Assembly (NCBI GenBank): GCA_036785375.1
Contig: JAWMAR010000070.1
Coordinates: 3,844,001 to 3,908,000, forward strand
Direction of reading: 5' to 3'
DNA from: Leucoraja ocellata
Lineage: Eukaryota
Length of the DNA: 64,000 nt
Made by a program: the position numbers and the translations under genes. Under the pieces are notes generated by a model, which was not told the DNA's origin, ran no database searches, and saw only the letters and a list, made by a program, of their open reading frames with translations. The number at the start of each line of letters is the position of its first letter. Position 1 is the first letter of the stretch. Below, one piece after another: positions 53,395 to 64,000 of the stretch.

Positions 53395-54000
53395 GGTGAC
53401 TGGACGATCGTTTCACTGAACACATACGCTCAGTCCGCCTGGGACTATATGATCTCCCAGTTGCTAAACTATTTAACCCCCCCCCCCCCCCCATTCCTAC
53501 ACTGACTGTTCTATTCTGGGCTTTCTCCATTGCCAGAATGAGGCCAAATGGAACTTGGAGGAACAGCACCACACATTTCGCTTGGGCATCTTACAGCCAA
53601 GCAGCATGAATATTGATTTCTATAACTTCAAATAACCCTTGCATCCCCTCTCTCTCCGTCCCTCCCCCACCCTAGTCATTGTACGAATTTCACTGTTGTC
53701 TTGTAGTGTTTCATTGTCTGTACAGCTCGTTTTCAGCTAGCCCACAGCTAACTATGGATCGTTTCATTCATCATCGTTACTTTTGTTGCATATCTTTCAT
53801 TCAATGTTTTATATCTTTCTATATCACCGTCGATATCGCTCTCGTTTCCCTTTCCCCTGACTCTCACTCTGAAGAGGGGTCTCAACCTAAAACGTCACGT
53901 ATGCCTTTTCTCCAGAGATGCTGTCTGACCCGACGAGTTACTCCAGTTGTTTGTATCTATATTCAGTTTAAACCAGCATCTGCAGTTCCTTCCAACACAA
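53395..54000 (+). mobile_element. Penelope-like 3' fragment
   Basis: GIY-YIG C-terminal remnant followed by a degenerate hammerhead-type repeat at about 53868. Confidence 0.7.
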
Positions 54001-54225
54001 TGAAAGGCGAAATTTGCAGAACGCACATAGACGGCACCTAAGTTCAGGGTCTTGGCATTGTGAGGCTGTGGTTCCACTGGCTGTGTCTGTGCATTCAGAT
54101 CAATAATCTCAAGGGCCTTTAATGTCAGTGAACGGAAGACACAACTTTCTCCCAATTGAAGTAATCCCAATCAAAACACCAGCAATTAATACATGGCACC
54201 TTTCATTGGAATCAGAGTAGTTTAC

Positions 54226-54274
54226 CTTGATGACGCATTGGATCCTTTCGAAGTTTCACAAGAATATTCAGGTC
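54226..54274 (-). CDS. Receptor C stalk exon
   Basis: 49 nt, phase 1 to 2; GPEYSCETSKGSNASSR; same size and phase as 37899-37947. Confidence 0.8.
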
Positions 54275-55638
54275 CTGTTAGAACAAGGAAATAAAAATCA
54301 GTTTCACTGATTTTCACTTGCAGTTGAACAAGAGAGCATGCTTGTCCGATGTAAGGCGTTTATAGATTTAATAGACAGGGCAATGTTTCGCCAGTGTAAT
54401 TTGCAGCAAATGGGAGATGCTTGCACAACTCAGGTACAACTCAGGTCGCCAACATTAGGGCGGCACAGCGGTAGAGTTGCTGCATTACAGCGCCACAGAC
54501 CCGGGTTCAATCCTGACTACGGGTACAATCTGCACTGACTTCGTATGTTCTCCCTGTGACCGCGTGGGTTTTATTCAAATGCTCCGGTTTTCTCCCACAT
54601 TCTAAAGTCGTGCAGGTTTTGAGGTTAACTGCCTTCTGTAAATTGTCCCTAGTGAGTGGGATAGAATTGGTGCACCTGTTAAAGGCAGTTGCTTCCACCT
54701 GGATTTCTAAACCAAACTAAAGGAGGTAATTTCATGCGAGGGATAGTGCCTGGATAGATGGGGATTTTACTCCATATAGGAAAAGAAGGGGGAACCTACT
54801 ACCGGTGTGTAAAGCTACGAGGAACATAGATAGGGTATTTTGTGGGAAATCAGCACAGCAGATGTACGAAGAAGTGAAGAACATAGGGTTGGGTTAAGGA
54901 GTAGAATATTTGGAGGGTATCTGAGCAAGAAGTATTTTTAAACTTAGATAGTGGAAGCACTTGGATTGTCAACTCTGAGAAGATTGTGGATGAGGGGCTG
55001 GTAAAATGGATTAGTATCGATGGTACTGAATGGTCAACATTAACACAGTGGACCAAAGCTGATAGGAGTTAATTCTATGGGGTAACTGCGGCCACATTTA
55101 CTGATAATTCCTGTTCCCTTCCCATATTTGAGTGTCGGTCATGTGGAGATGACGGAAAGTGAAAGTGCTTGGACTGATGTCACTACAAACCTAGTTTAAA
55201 GCTGTGTAAACATAAGAAGAAGTTCTAGCCCGGAAGCTGGCCTACACCAGCACTGGGGAATCTGTGGCTGGAGCCCAGCAACCAAGTATTGACAAATGGG
55301 CCATAATTCCATCATTTTAATCTTGATAACTTAATTAAATAATGTGCATGGATATCAGGGTGTCGGGGCTACGGGGAGAGGGCAGGAGAATGGGGTGAAG
55401 AGGGGAAGATACATCAGCCATGATTGAATGGTCTATTTCTGCTTCTATCACGTGATCCTATGAACCACCCCACCCCCACTTCCCCTTCTTCTCCCCATTC
55501 CCTTCACTACTTATAATTTGTTTGGTTGTTTTGTTGTTTGTCTTTTGCACAAAAGTCCGCGAGCATTGCCACTTTCATTTCACTGCACATCTCGTATGTG
55601 TATGTGACAAATAAACTTGACTTGACTTGACTACTTAC

Positions 55639-55959
55639 CAGTGCCGTTGATTTTCACCAGGAAACTGCAGGGCACGTCACTGCTGGAGATGGACACGTTG
55701 ACCATTTCACTGGATTTTGTTCCATTATTATTTGAGGTTGTGCAATAATATTGATGGTGTTGGTGTTTGAAGGATTGACAATGTAGATCCAGGGTATTGT
55801 TGTCTGAGATCTTTGAATCCCCAGATGGGGTATTTTCATACCAGCTGTAGTTAATGGGAAGGGATCCCCGGACCGACTCACAGGACACTGTCACTGAGCC
55901 CCCGAGACAGGAGACATTGGCTGGTGACAGAAACCCAAGCACAGGAACAGACACGGGTT
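55639..55959 (-). CDS. Receptor C membrane-proximal C2/I-type Ig exon
   Basis: 321 nt, phase 1-1; EPVSVPVLGFLSPANVSCLGG...SCES...YSWY...YYCTTSN. Confidence 0.9.
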
Positions 55960-56864
55960 CTGTGGGAAAGGAGCAAACAGTCAGACACTGAGTGAACATC
56001 TGAAAATCAAACACTCGCCAATATCCACCATCTCTGTATCTTAGCCAGAGCCGCCAGGTTGGAATCTAACGCATCCATCTACTTAGAGTCATAGAGGCAT
56101 ATAGTGTAGAAGCAGGCCAACATGTCCATCCACACTAGTTCCACCTGCCCTTGCTTAGCCCATAAGCTTCCAAACGCAAGAGACTGTGCATTTACTCGAT
56201 CTATTCGTCGCGTGATTTTGTAGCTGCCGTAAGATCATCCCTCATCCTCCTGCTCTCCCAGAAATTAAGTCCTAGTCCGCTCAATCCCTCCCTGGAGTTC
56301 AGGCACTCAAGTCATGGCAGCATCATTGTAAATCTTTTCTGCACCCAATCTTACTTGATAGCATCTTTCCTATAACATGGTGATGAATACTGACCACAGA
56401 GCGGACATATCATCAGACAATCTTCGATTCTCTTTTCCATTTCAGGAATTGCCAGCAGGAAAAAGGGAGCATTGTTTATTTAACTGTCGGACCCATCCCA
56501 TCTACATAGATTCGTAGAGTCATACAGTAGAAACAGGCCCTTCGGCCTAACTTGCCCGCGCTGACCAACACGCCCAATCTACACTAGTTTCACCTGTCCT
56601 TTCTTGGCCCTTAACCCTCTAAACATATCCTATTCATGTAACTGTCCAATATTTTCTGAAATGTTACGATAGTACCAGCCATAACTACTTCCGTCAGCAT
56701 TTCGTTTCATGGACCTACCAACCTTTGTGTAAACACGTTACTCGCCAGGTTCCTGTTAAATCATTCCCCCCTGATATCAAAACTATGTCCTGCGGTTCTC
56801 GATTCCCCTACTCTGGGCGAAAGACTGTGTATTTATTCGATCTATTCCTCGCGTGATTTTTGTG

Positions 56865-57575
56865 ATTTAAAAAAAAAATTAATAAATATTTTTATTAGAA
56901 TCAATGTACAGTAGTATAAACCGTGTTTTAATATTACATTTAGTGTAAAACTTCTTGTTTTAAATTTATTAATAGAAAAGTAACAGAAGCAAAAAAGAGA
57001 AGAGAGAAAGTTAAGTAAAGTAGTGATATTGATAGTTCGAGAAAGAATAGATAGAAAGAACCCGTAAAGATATAAAGCCGTAAAAAATCCGTGACCCCCC
57101 CCCCTCCCCCGAAAATTAAATACATAAATTAGTAAATAGAAATAAAAAATAGAAAATAAAATAAAATAATAAGAAAACAAAACAGAAAAAGAATAAAAGG
57201 GAGAAGGGATATACCTGCTTCATGTCTTTCCACACCCCTCACCCAGTTCTGAAACAGTTAATTTCCAGGGATATGTTGGACCATGTACTTGGAATGTCGA
57301 TAAAAGGAGACCAAATCTTTAGGAATTGGTCTGCTTTACATGCTAGGACGAATCTCCTATCTTCGAGGTGTAACATTTCAGACATGCTTGAAATCCACAT
57401 TTGGGTTCGTTGTTCAAGAATTTGAGTATACGTTTTTTTGCTGTTATCAAGCCATGGTTAAGGAGAGAATTTTGGAACGAAATCAGCTTAGAGCCGGCTT
57501 CCATTGTTCCAAAAATAATCAATTCAGTGTTGGGGTCCAATTCTATTTTAAACTCGCAGGATTTTTTTACCTGCA
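56865..57575 (-). mobile_element. L1/Tx1-like LINE 3' end
   Basis: ORF2 C-terminal-like ELIIFG...LLNHGLITAKKRILKF and a T-rich 3'UTR; interrupts a CR1 fragment. Confidence 0.6.
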
Positions 57576-58266
57576 ATAAAATCACCCCTCATCCTCCTGC
57601 GCTCCAAGGAATAAAGCCCTAATCTGCTCAACCTCTCCCTGTATACCAGGCCCTCAAGTCATCGCAACATCCTTGTAAATCATCTCTGCTCCTTCTCCTC
57701 ACAATCCATTTACCAGATTTAGACATCTCTTTGTCTCTCCATCCTCCCAGCCGCCAGAAGAACCATGTCTGCCACTGTACCAGTACACAGCAGCACCATC
57801 TCTCTTTGTTTTACAATTCCAGCATCTGCAGTTAATCTTCTTTTAATCTGAAACTCTGCTTTTAATCTGAACATTCAAACACTTCATTAGTGCAACAGTA
57901 TCAACAATTTTTTAATTTCCTTGCATAAAATTGTTGATGGTGATACTGTTGCACTAATGAGGTGTGTGAATGGCGGTATTGTAGAATAGTGTGTAGGGAG
58001 CGAATGGGGAAGTGGAATAATATAGAACTAGTGTGACCGGTGATCGCTAGTTGGCGAGGATTGGGTGGGCCGAAGGATCCGTTTCCATGTTACATTTGTA
58101 AACTATTACTAAATATCCCGGTGAACATTTTTCTGTAAACTCTACAAACCGTTCACATCTTTTGTTTTATAAAACGGCGACCAGAACTGTGCACCAGACT
58201 CTCACCTAACAAATGTTTTGCCCGTTGCCAAAGTGGAGACATCGAGTCAATCACTGAGAAACCTAC

Positions 58267-58584
58267 CTTCAGATACTTGGAGATGTACTTTAAATGTTAG
58301 TTCGCCAGGTGTAGTAATTCCACATCTGTACCATCCTGTATCTCCAGAGTGAAGATCCTCCACAGTCACAGTAAATATTCCTCGTGCCGGGTTAACTGTG
58401 ATTGACACTCTTCCGCTCTGTCCATGTTTCCCATTTGTTTCCACTACATGTGGACACTGGCGACTTGTCTCACGACACCAGTATTTTGTGAGTGAGCGGT
58501 ACACTGCTGCATAGTGACAATCGATTGAGATCGCTCTTCCCACAATCCCTCGAACTTCGCTCTCTGCCCACAGTGCACCTGCAA
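58267..58584 (-). CDS. Receptor C V-type Ig exon
   Basis: 318 nt, phase 1-1; SIDCHY...KYWCRETSRQC...DTGWYRCG. Confidence 0.9.
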
Positions 58585-59638
58585 CTGAAGGAAAAATATT
58601 TCATAAATTGAAGAGCAAAATTAGCCTTTCACAAACATATACATTAGAGTATAATGTACAGGGGAGTCCGCCCACTCAATTTCTTAACTTTGCTGAATTC
58701 CACCTAGATTGCGATGAGAGACAGATACTATACACCGTCCCTCACCACCTGCACAGGTCGTTCCAAAGCGCTTCCCAGCCAATGTGGGTGTGAATGGTGA
58801 AGAATGATGCATTGAACACGGAGCCTCTTGCAATTGGAAGGCGCTGTCTAGGGAGTCTTGGTCAGTTGCTGCAGTGCATCGTGCAGATGGTGCAAACTGC
58901 TGCCGCTCTGCATCAGCGGGCGAGGTTGAGGATGGGGTGCCTATCATGCGCGACTCTGGAACATGACAAACCAAGCACAAGTGTTGGGCGAAATTGTAGC
59001 CTAGGCCAGTGCTTCTTAAACTGATGAATGGTTCACCCAAGGGCGAATAAAATTATTTTGGGGTAAATTAGTTAATTTATGTTTTTTGCTCATGTGACAA
59101 AATCAATTATCTATAAAATTATGCACAAAGGAAAATGCGATGATAATAACCAAAAGAACATAAGAACATTTAGTGGAGGGTGAATTAAATCTTGTATAAA
59201 GACTCAAGGGTGAATGACACTGTAATACTTTAAGAAGAACTGGCCTTGTATAAAATTGGTCTCGCTGATGTAAACCATTCACACTCTCTTCTGGTCTTCC
59301 AACTGAGAGTCTCCACACCTACAGGGACGTTCTTTTCAAAATTATCTTTGACAAAAGTAAGGGTTATACTTGATGGAGTGATGGCCAAGTAGATTCCAAT
59401 TTAATTTTGTGAGATTACTGGAGTTTTACACAAATTAACAGAACATGATCATGAAATTGTACATCCTTGGTTATAACTGATGATGGATCCAAACAGAATG
59501 AATTTGGTTTCTTTCTCTGTCTCAAAGCGCGGCAGCCAGAAAATAATTTTGATGGAATGCACTGAACCCGCAGGTATTTCTCTCATTTGCTGAAGTTTCT
59601 CACCACCTCCCAGGTGAAAGCAACAGGCAATCATTTAC

Positions 59639-59701
59639 CAGTCCCCCAAACAAACTCTCGCATTTTACACCATGAGCTCCCGGTGGCTGCAATGATGCCG
59701 T
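59639..59701 (-). CDS. Receptor C putative inter-domain linker exon
   Basis: 63 nt, phase 1-1, ttatttgcag/gtaaat; DGIIAATGSSWCKMREFVWGT; carries a Cys like the stalk exon. Confidence 0.45.
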
Positions 59702-59779
59702 CTGCAAATAACAAGAAATCCATGAACATCACCTCAAAGCGAATAGCAGCAGGTTCAGGGACACGAGAAGAACACACAC

Positions 59780-60100
59780 CTGCATTGGTGATTTCTGTCA
59801 CATAACTGCACGTTCCTGCTCCTTTGAAGACTTTCACGTTGAGTATTTCACTGGATTTTGTCCCACGATTATTTGAGGCTGTGCAGTAATATTGACGGTG
59901 TTGACCTTCGAGGATTTCACAACTCAGATCCAGTTGATTGCCAGACACGGTAGTTGAAACCCAATGCTCGTTCTTTTCAAACCATGTGTAATGGATGGGA
60001 AGGGATCCACGGACAGACTCACACGACACTGACACTGAGCCTCCGAGATGTGAGGCATTTGCTGGTGACAGATATCTGAGCACTGGAGCAGACATGGGTT
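59780..60100 (-). CDS. Receptor C distal C2/I-type Ig exon
   Basis: 321 nt, phase 1-1; EPMSAPVLRYL...SCESVRGSLPIHYTWF...YYCTASN. Confidence 0.88.
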
Positions 60101-60529
60101 CTGTGGGAATGGAGCAAGCATTCAGTCACCTGTACGAACAGTTAAAAACCAAACACGTGCTAAATCTCAGCAGCCCTTTATCTCAGCCCGAACCGTCCGG
60201 TTGACATCTCACCGGCTCATCTACATCTCTGTGAGTGTGCGAAGCCCAGAAACTGAAGAAGGTTAGAGTTATAGAGAACCGAAAGATGCCCATCACAACA
60301 GCTCATTCATGCCGACCAACATGTCTTTCTGGACCATTTCCATATGTCCACGTTTCTCCCTTATCACTGGCAATGATCCCAATCTACGCAAATATCAAAA
60401 AAAATATTTTAAATGCTGCTATTCTAACGGCCTTAACACCTTCCCCTGGCAGCAGGTTCCATATAAATATCACCCAATGTGTGGAAAATGTTGTCCCTCA
60501 GAACATATGTTGGGATGTTACGTCCCTTT

Positions 60530-61300
60530 AAGATAGACACAAAATACAGGAGTAACTCGGCGGATTAGGCAGCATCTTTCGAGAGAAGGAATGGGTGACG
60601 TTTCGAATCGTGACACTTCTTCAGCCTGAGAATCATGAGAAAGGGAGACAGAAGAGAAATGGAAGGGTACGGTGTGAAAACAAGTGATCAAAGGTGAAAA
60701 TGTTTTTTAAAAATGTAGAATGGATCATTGTCAGCTGAAGGGAAGGCATAGAATCAGTAAAATATAATCTGGAGGGCAGTGAAAATAATTGGAGGCTTCG
60801 GATGGGGCGGGATGGAGACAGGAGTAAAGCAAGGGTTACTTGAAGTTAGAGAAGTCAATATTCAAACCGCTGGGTTGTAAGCTGCCCAAGCGAAATATGA
60901 GGCACTGTTCCTCCAATTTGCTTTTGGCCTCACTCTGCAGGGGAGGAGGTCCGGGACAGAAAGATCAGTTTGGGAATGGGAGGGGGAATAAAGGTGTTTT
61001 GCAATCGGGATGTAGCGTAGGCCGAGGAACACTGTGCGGAATTGTTCAGCGAAACGATCGCCGAGCCTGCGTTGGGTCTCCCATCTACTGTATCCGCTTG
61101 TTCACACCTGGAACAACGGATATAGTAGATGAGGTTAGAAGAGATGCAAGTGAACCTCTGACTCACCCGGAAATACTGTTGGAGCCTTGGACGGAGTAGA
61201 AGCGGGATATATAGGAACTGGTGTTGCATCTCCTGCAGTTGTAGGGGAAGGTATCTGGGGACGGGGTGGGAAAGGACGAGTTGACCAGGGAGTTGCGGAG
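60530..61300 (-). mobile_element. Penelope-like element fragment (GIY-YIG)
   Basis: FRVSQRFTCISSNLIYYIRCSRC and a terminal repeat. Confidence 0.8.
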
Positions 61301-61597
61301 TCTGTCGGGTTATTAGTTTGAGTCGGACTGCAAACCTCTGGCAGGGTGACATTTCATACAGTTCAGAGGCAGGGAAATGTGCTGAGCATCCCACTTGAAG
61401 TGGGTGGCCGCTCAGTGGAACAGAGCCCGCACTGGGTGAGAGCAACATGAGTGGGGTTTCCCGACCCCCGCCCGTTCCCCGCAGGTCTCTGCACTGCTGC
61501 GGAGCCTCGGGATATCGGTGCTGCCCTGACCCTTCCCGGAGAGAACATAGATAAGGCATTTCAGTGGAGACGTCAAGTCAATCGCTGCGAAACGTAC

Positions 61598-61918
61598 CGT
61601 CAGATACTTGGAGATGTACGTTAAATATTGGACGGTCGCCAGGTGTAGTAATTCCACAGCTGTACCATCCTGTATCTTCAGAGTGAAGATCCTCCACAGT
61701 CACAGCAAATATTCTTAGTGCGGGTATATCTGTGATTGACACTCTTCCACTCCGTCCGTTTTGCCCATTTGTTTCCACTGAAACTCTACATGGGCGATTC
61801 CTCCCACGGCACCAGTATTTTGTGCGTGAGCGGTACGCTGCTGCATAGTGACAATCGATTGTGATCGCTCTTCCCACAACCCCTCTTACATCCCTCTCTG
61901 CCCACACTGCATCTGAAA
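61598..61918 (-). CDS. Receptor C V-type Ig exon
   Basis: 321 nt, phase 1-1; KYWCRGRNRPC...DTGWYSCG. Confidence 0.9.
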
Positions 61919-61970
61919 CTGAGGGGAGAAACTTTCAGATCAACCACAGATCAAACAACACTTGTTCCTC

Positions 61971-62150
61971 TGTGGAGCGAAGGAAATAGGCAACGTTTCG
62001 GGCCGAAACCCTTCTTCAGTCTGAAGAAGGGTTTCGGCCCGAAACGTTGCCTATTTCCTTCGCTCCATAGATGCTGCTGCACCCGCTGAGTTTCTCCAGC
62101 TTTTCTGTGTAACCTTCGATTCTCCAGCATCTGCAGTTCCCTCTTAAACA
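61971..62150. mobile_element. Palindromic Penelope-derived insertion with hammerhead cores on both strands
   Basis: Inverted arms around cttcttcag-t-ctgaagaag; direct repeat cttgttcctc at 61961-61970 and 62151-62160. Confidence 0.85.
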
Positions 62151-62269
62151 CTTGTTCCTCACCGGGATTATTAGTTTTGAGTCTGAATGCAAATTTCTGA
62201 CGGGTGACATTTCATACAGTTCAGAGGAAGAGAAATGCGCTGAGTATTCCACTTGAAGTGAAAAGTGAA

Positions 62270-62685
62270 GTTAAATCCCACTTTTCAAGAAAGGAGCGAG
62301 AGAAAACGGGAAATTACAGAGCAGTTAGCCTGACTTCGGTGCGGGAAAGATGCCGGAGTCAATTATTAAAGAGGTAATAATGGGGCATTTGCATAGCAGT
62401 AAAATAATTAGTCCAAGTCAGCATGGATTTATGAAAGGAAAATCATGCCTGACTAATCTTCTGGAATTTTTTGAGGAGGTGGCAAGTAAAATGGAGGAAG
62501 GTGCGCCAGTGAATGTAGTGTATCTAGACTTCAAGAAATCCTTTGATAAGGTTCCGCACGGGAGACTGGTGACTAAATTGAGAGCGCATGGAAGGGTGTT
62601 GACGTGGATAGGAAATTGGTTGGCAGACAGGAAGCAAAGAGTAGGAGTGAACGGGTCCTTTTCAGAATGGCGGGAAGTGGCGAGT
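62270..62685 (+). mobile_element. CR1 LINE RT fragment
   Basis: SQHGFMKGKSCLTNLLEFFE...VYLDFKKSFDKVPHGRL. Confidence 0.9.
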
Positions 62686-62721
62686 CAGTGGAGACGACAA
62701 GTCAATCGCTGCGAAACGTAC

Positions 62722-63042
62722 CGTCAGATACAAGGAGTTCTACGGTAAACATTGGGAGGCCGTTAGATGTTGCAATTCCACATCTGTACCACCCTGTATC
62801 GCCAGAGAGAAGATCCTCCACAGTCACAGTAAATATTCCTCGTGCCCGGTTATCTGTGATTGACACTCTTCCACTCCTTCCGTGTTGCCCAATTGTTTCC
62901 ACCATATCTGTACATTGGCGATTCTGCACACGGCACCAGTATTTTGTGTGTGAGCGGTACTCTGCTGCATAGTGACAATCGATTGTAAACACACTTCCCA
63001 CAACTGCTCTTACATACGGCTCTCCCCACACTGCACCTGAAA
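62722..63042 (-). CDS. Receptor C V-type Ig exon
   Basis: 321 nt, phase 1-1; KYWCRVQNRQC...DTGWYRCG. Confidence 0.9.
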
Positions 63043-63645
63043 CTGAAGGGGAGAAACTTTCAGATGGAGAGCAAATGAACAGTTTAGTGGAAATAGATAC
63101 ATTTTCAAGATTCCATGAAAGAAAACTTAAATAGTTCCATGATGTGTCATATTGCTTCACGGCCAATGTCTCCGGTCTGAAGTGCAGACAGTGCTGTTAT
63201 TGTACCAGTTGTGTCAGTGTTCTATCCCCGCGTCAGTGCAATTAGGGTTCACTTCCCACTCCAGATCCCTGAGCAGAAACTGGGCTGGGATCGCAGTGCG
63301 GTACTGAGGGAGCGCGGCAGTTTTGCAGGAGCTGCCTTTCAACAATCCCAGGCGGTGCCCGGCCTCTCACCCCACGAAAGACCCTACTTTGCTATTTCAT
63401 TGGCGGTGACAATTTCTTCACAGCAGTTATCAGGCATCTGAATCATCCTACCACGCCCAGAGATCTGTCCTGAACTCCCATCTACCTCTTTGACGACCCT
63501 CGGACCACCCTTGATCGTACTTTGCTGCCTTTACCTTACACTAAACGTTATTTAATATTCATGTATCTATGCACTGTAGGAGAATCGATTGTAATCCTGT
63601 ATTGTCTTTCTGCTGGAGACGTCAATCAATCGCTGCGAAACGTAC

Positions 63646-63966
63646 CGTCAGATACTTCGAGATGAACGTTAAATATTGGATGGTCGGCAGATGTTGTAAT
63701 TCCACATCTGTACCATCCTGTATCTCCATCCTGAAGATCGTCCACAGTCACAGTAAATATTCCTCGTGCCGGGTTATCTGTGATTGACACTCTTCCATTC
63801 CGTCCGTGTTGCTCATTTGTTTCCACCAAAACTGTACATTGGAGACTCCTCCCACGGCACCAGTATTTTGTGTGTGAGCGGTACTCTGCTGCATAGTAAC
63901 AATCGATTGTGGTCGCTCTTCCCACAACTCCTCTTACATCCCACTTTGCCCACAGTGCACCTGAAA
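63646..63966 (-). CDS. Receptor C V-type Ig exon (most 5' in window)
   Basis: 321 nt, phase 1-1; KYWCRGRSLQC...DTGWYRCG. Confidence 0.9.
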
Positions 63967-64000
63967 CTGAGGGGAGAAACTTTCAGCTGGAGAGAAAATG

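Noticed and set aside
58267-63966. Rearranging (RAG-type) V segments
   Set aside because: Each V ends in a splice donor, with no heptamer-spacer-nonamer signals or J segments seen

Overview
Vertebrate genomic DNA, most likely a cartilaginous fish (skate/ray), judging from the HE1/V-SINE-like, CR1 and Penelope repeats and the receptor family. Left part (1-16.4 kb): coding exon 1 and CpG-island promoter of a G-protein alpha-i gene (minus strand). Its repeat-rich intron 1 holds a decayed hAT transposon, and the promoter is flanked by a dense field of Penelope-derived repeats carrying hammerhead-ribozyme cores. A 200-N scaffold gap (16431-16630) follows. Right part (20.9-64 kb): a tandemly duplicated cluster of CD300/pIgR/TREM-type Ig receptor genes resembling the skate 'modular domain immune-type receptors' (MDIR), reconstructed here exon by exon from splice phases. 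(A) A putative activating receptor: leader-V-C2-stalk-TM with Lys/Arg-tail without ITIM. (B) A pseudogenised sister with no Ig exon, a nonsense codon and a dead TM acceptor. (Orphan) An intact leaderless V exon downstream of a tRNA-Ser-primed LTR. (C) A large inhibitory receptor, V-V-V-C2-V-C2-stalk-neutral TM-3 ITIMs, whose leader lies off-window. Two decayed C2 exons in inverted orientation sit at about 21 kb. All gene models come from reading the sequence only, and repeat boundaries are approximate.
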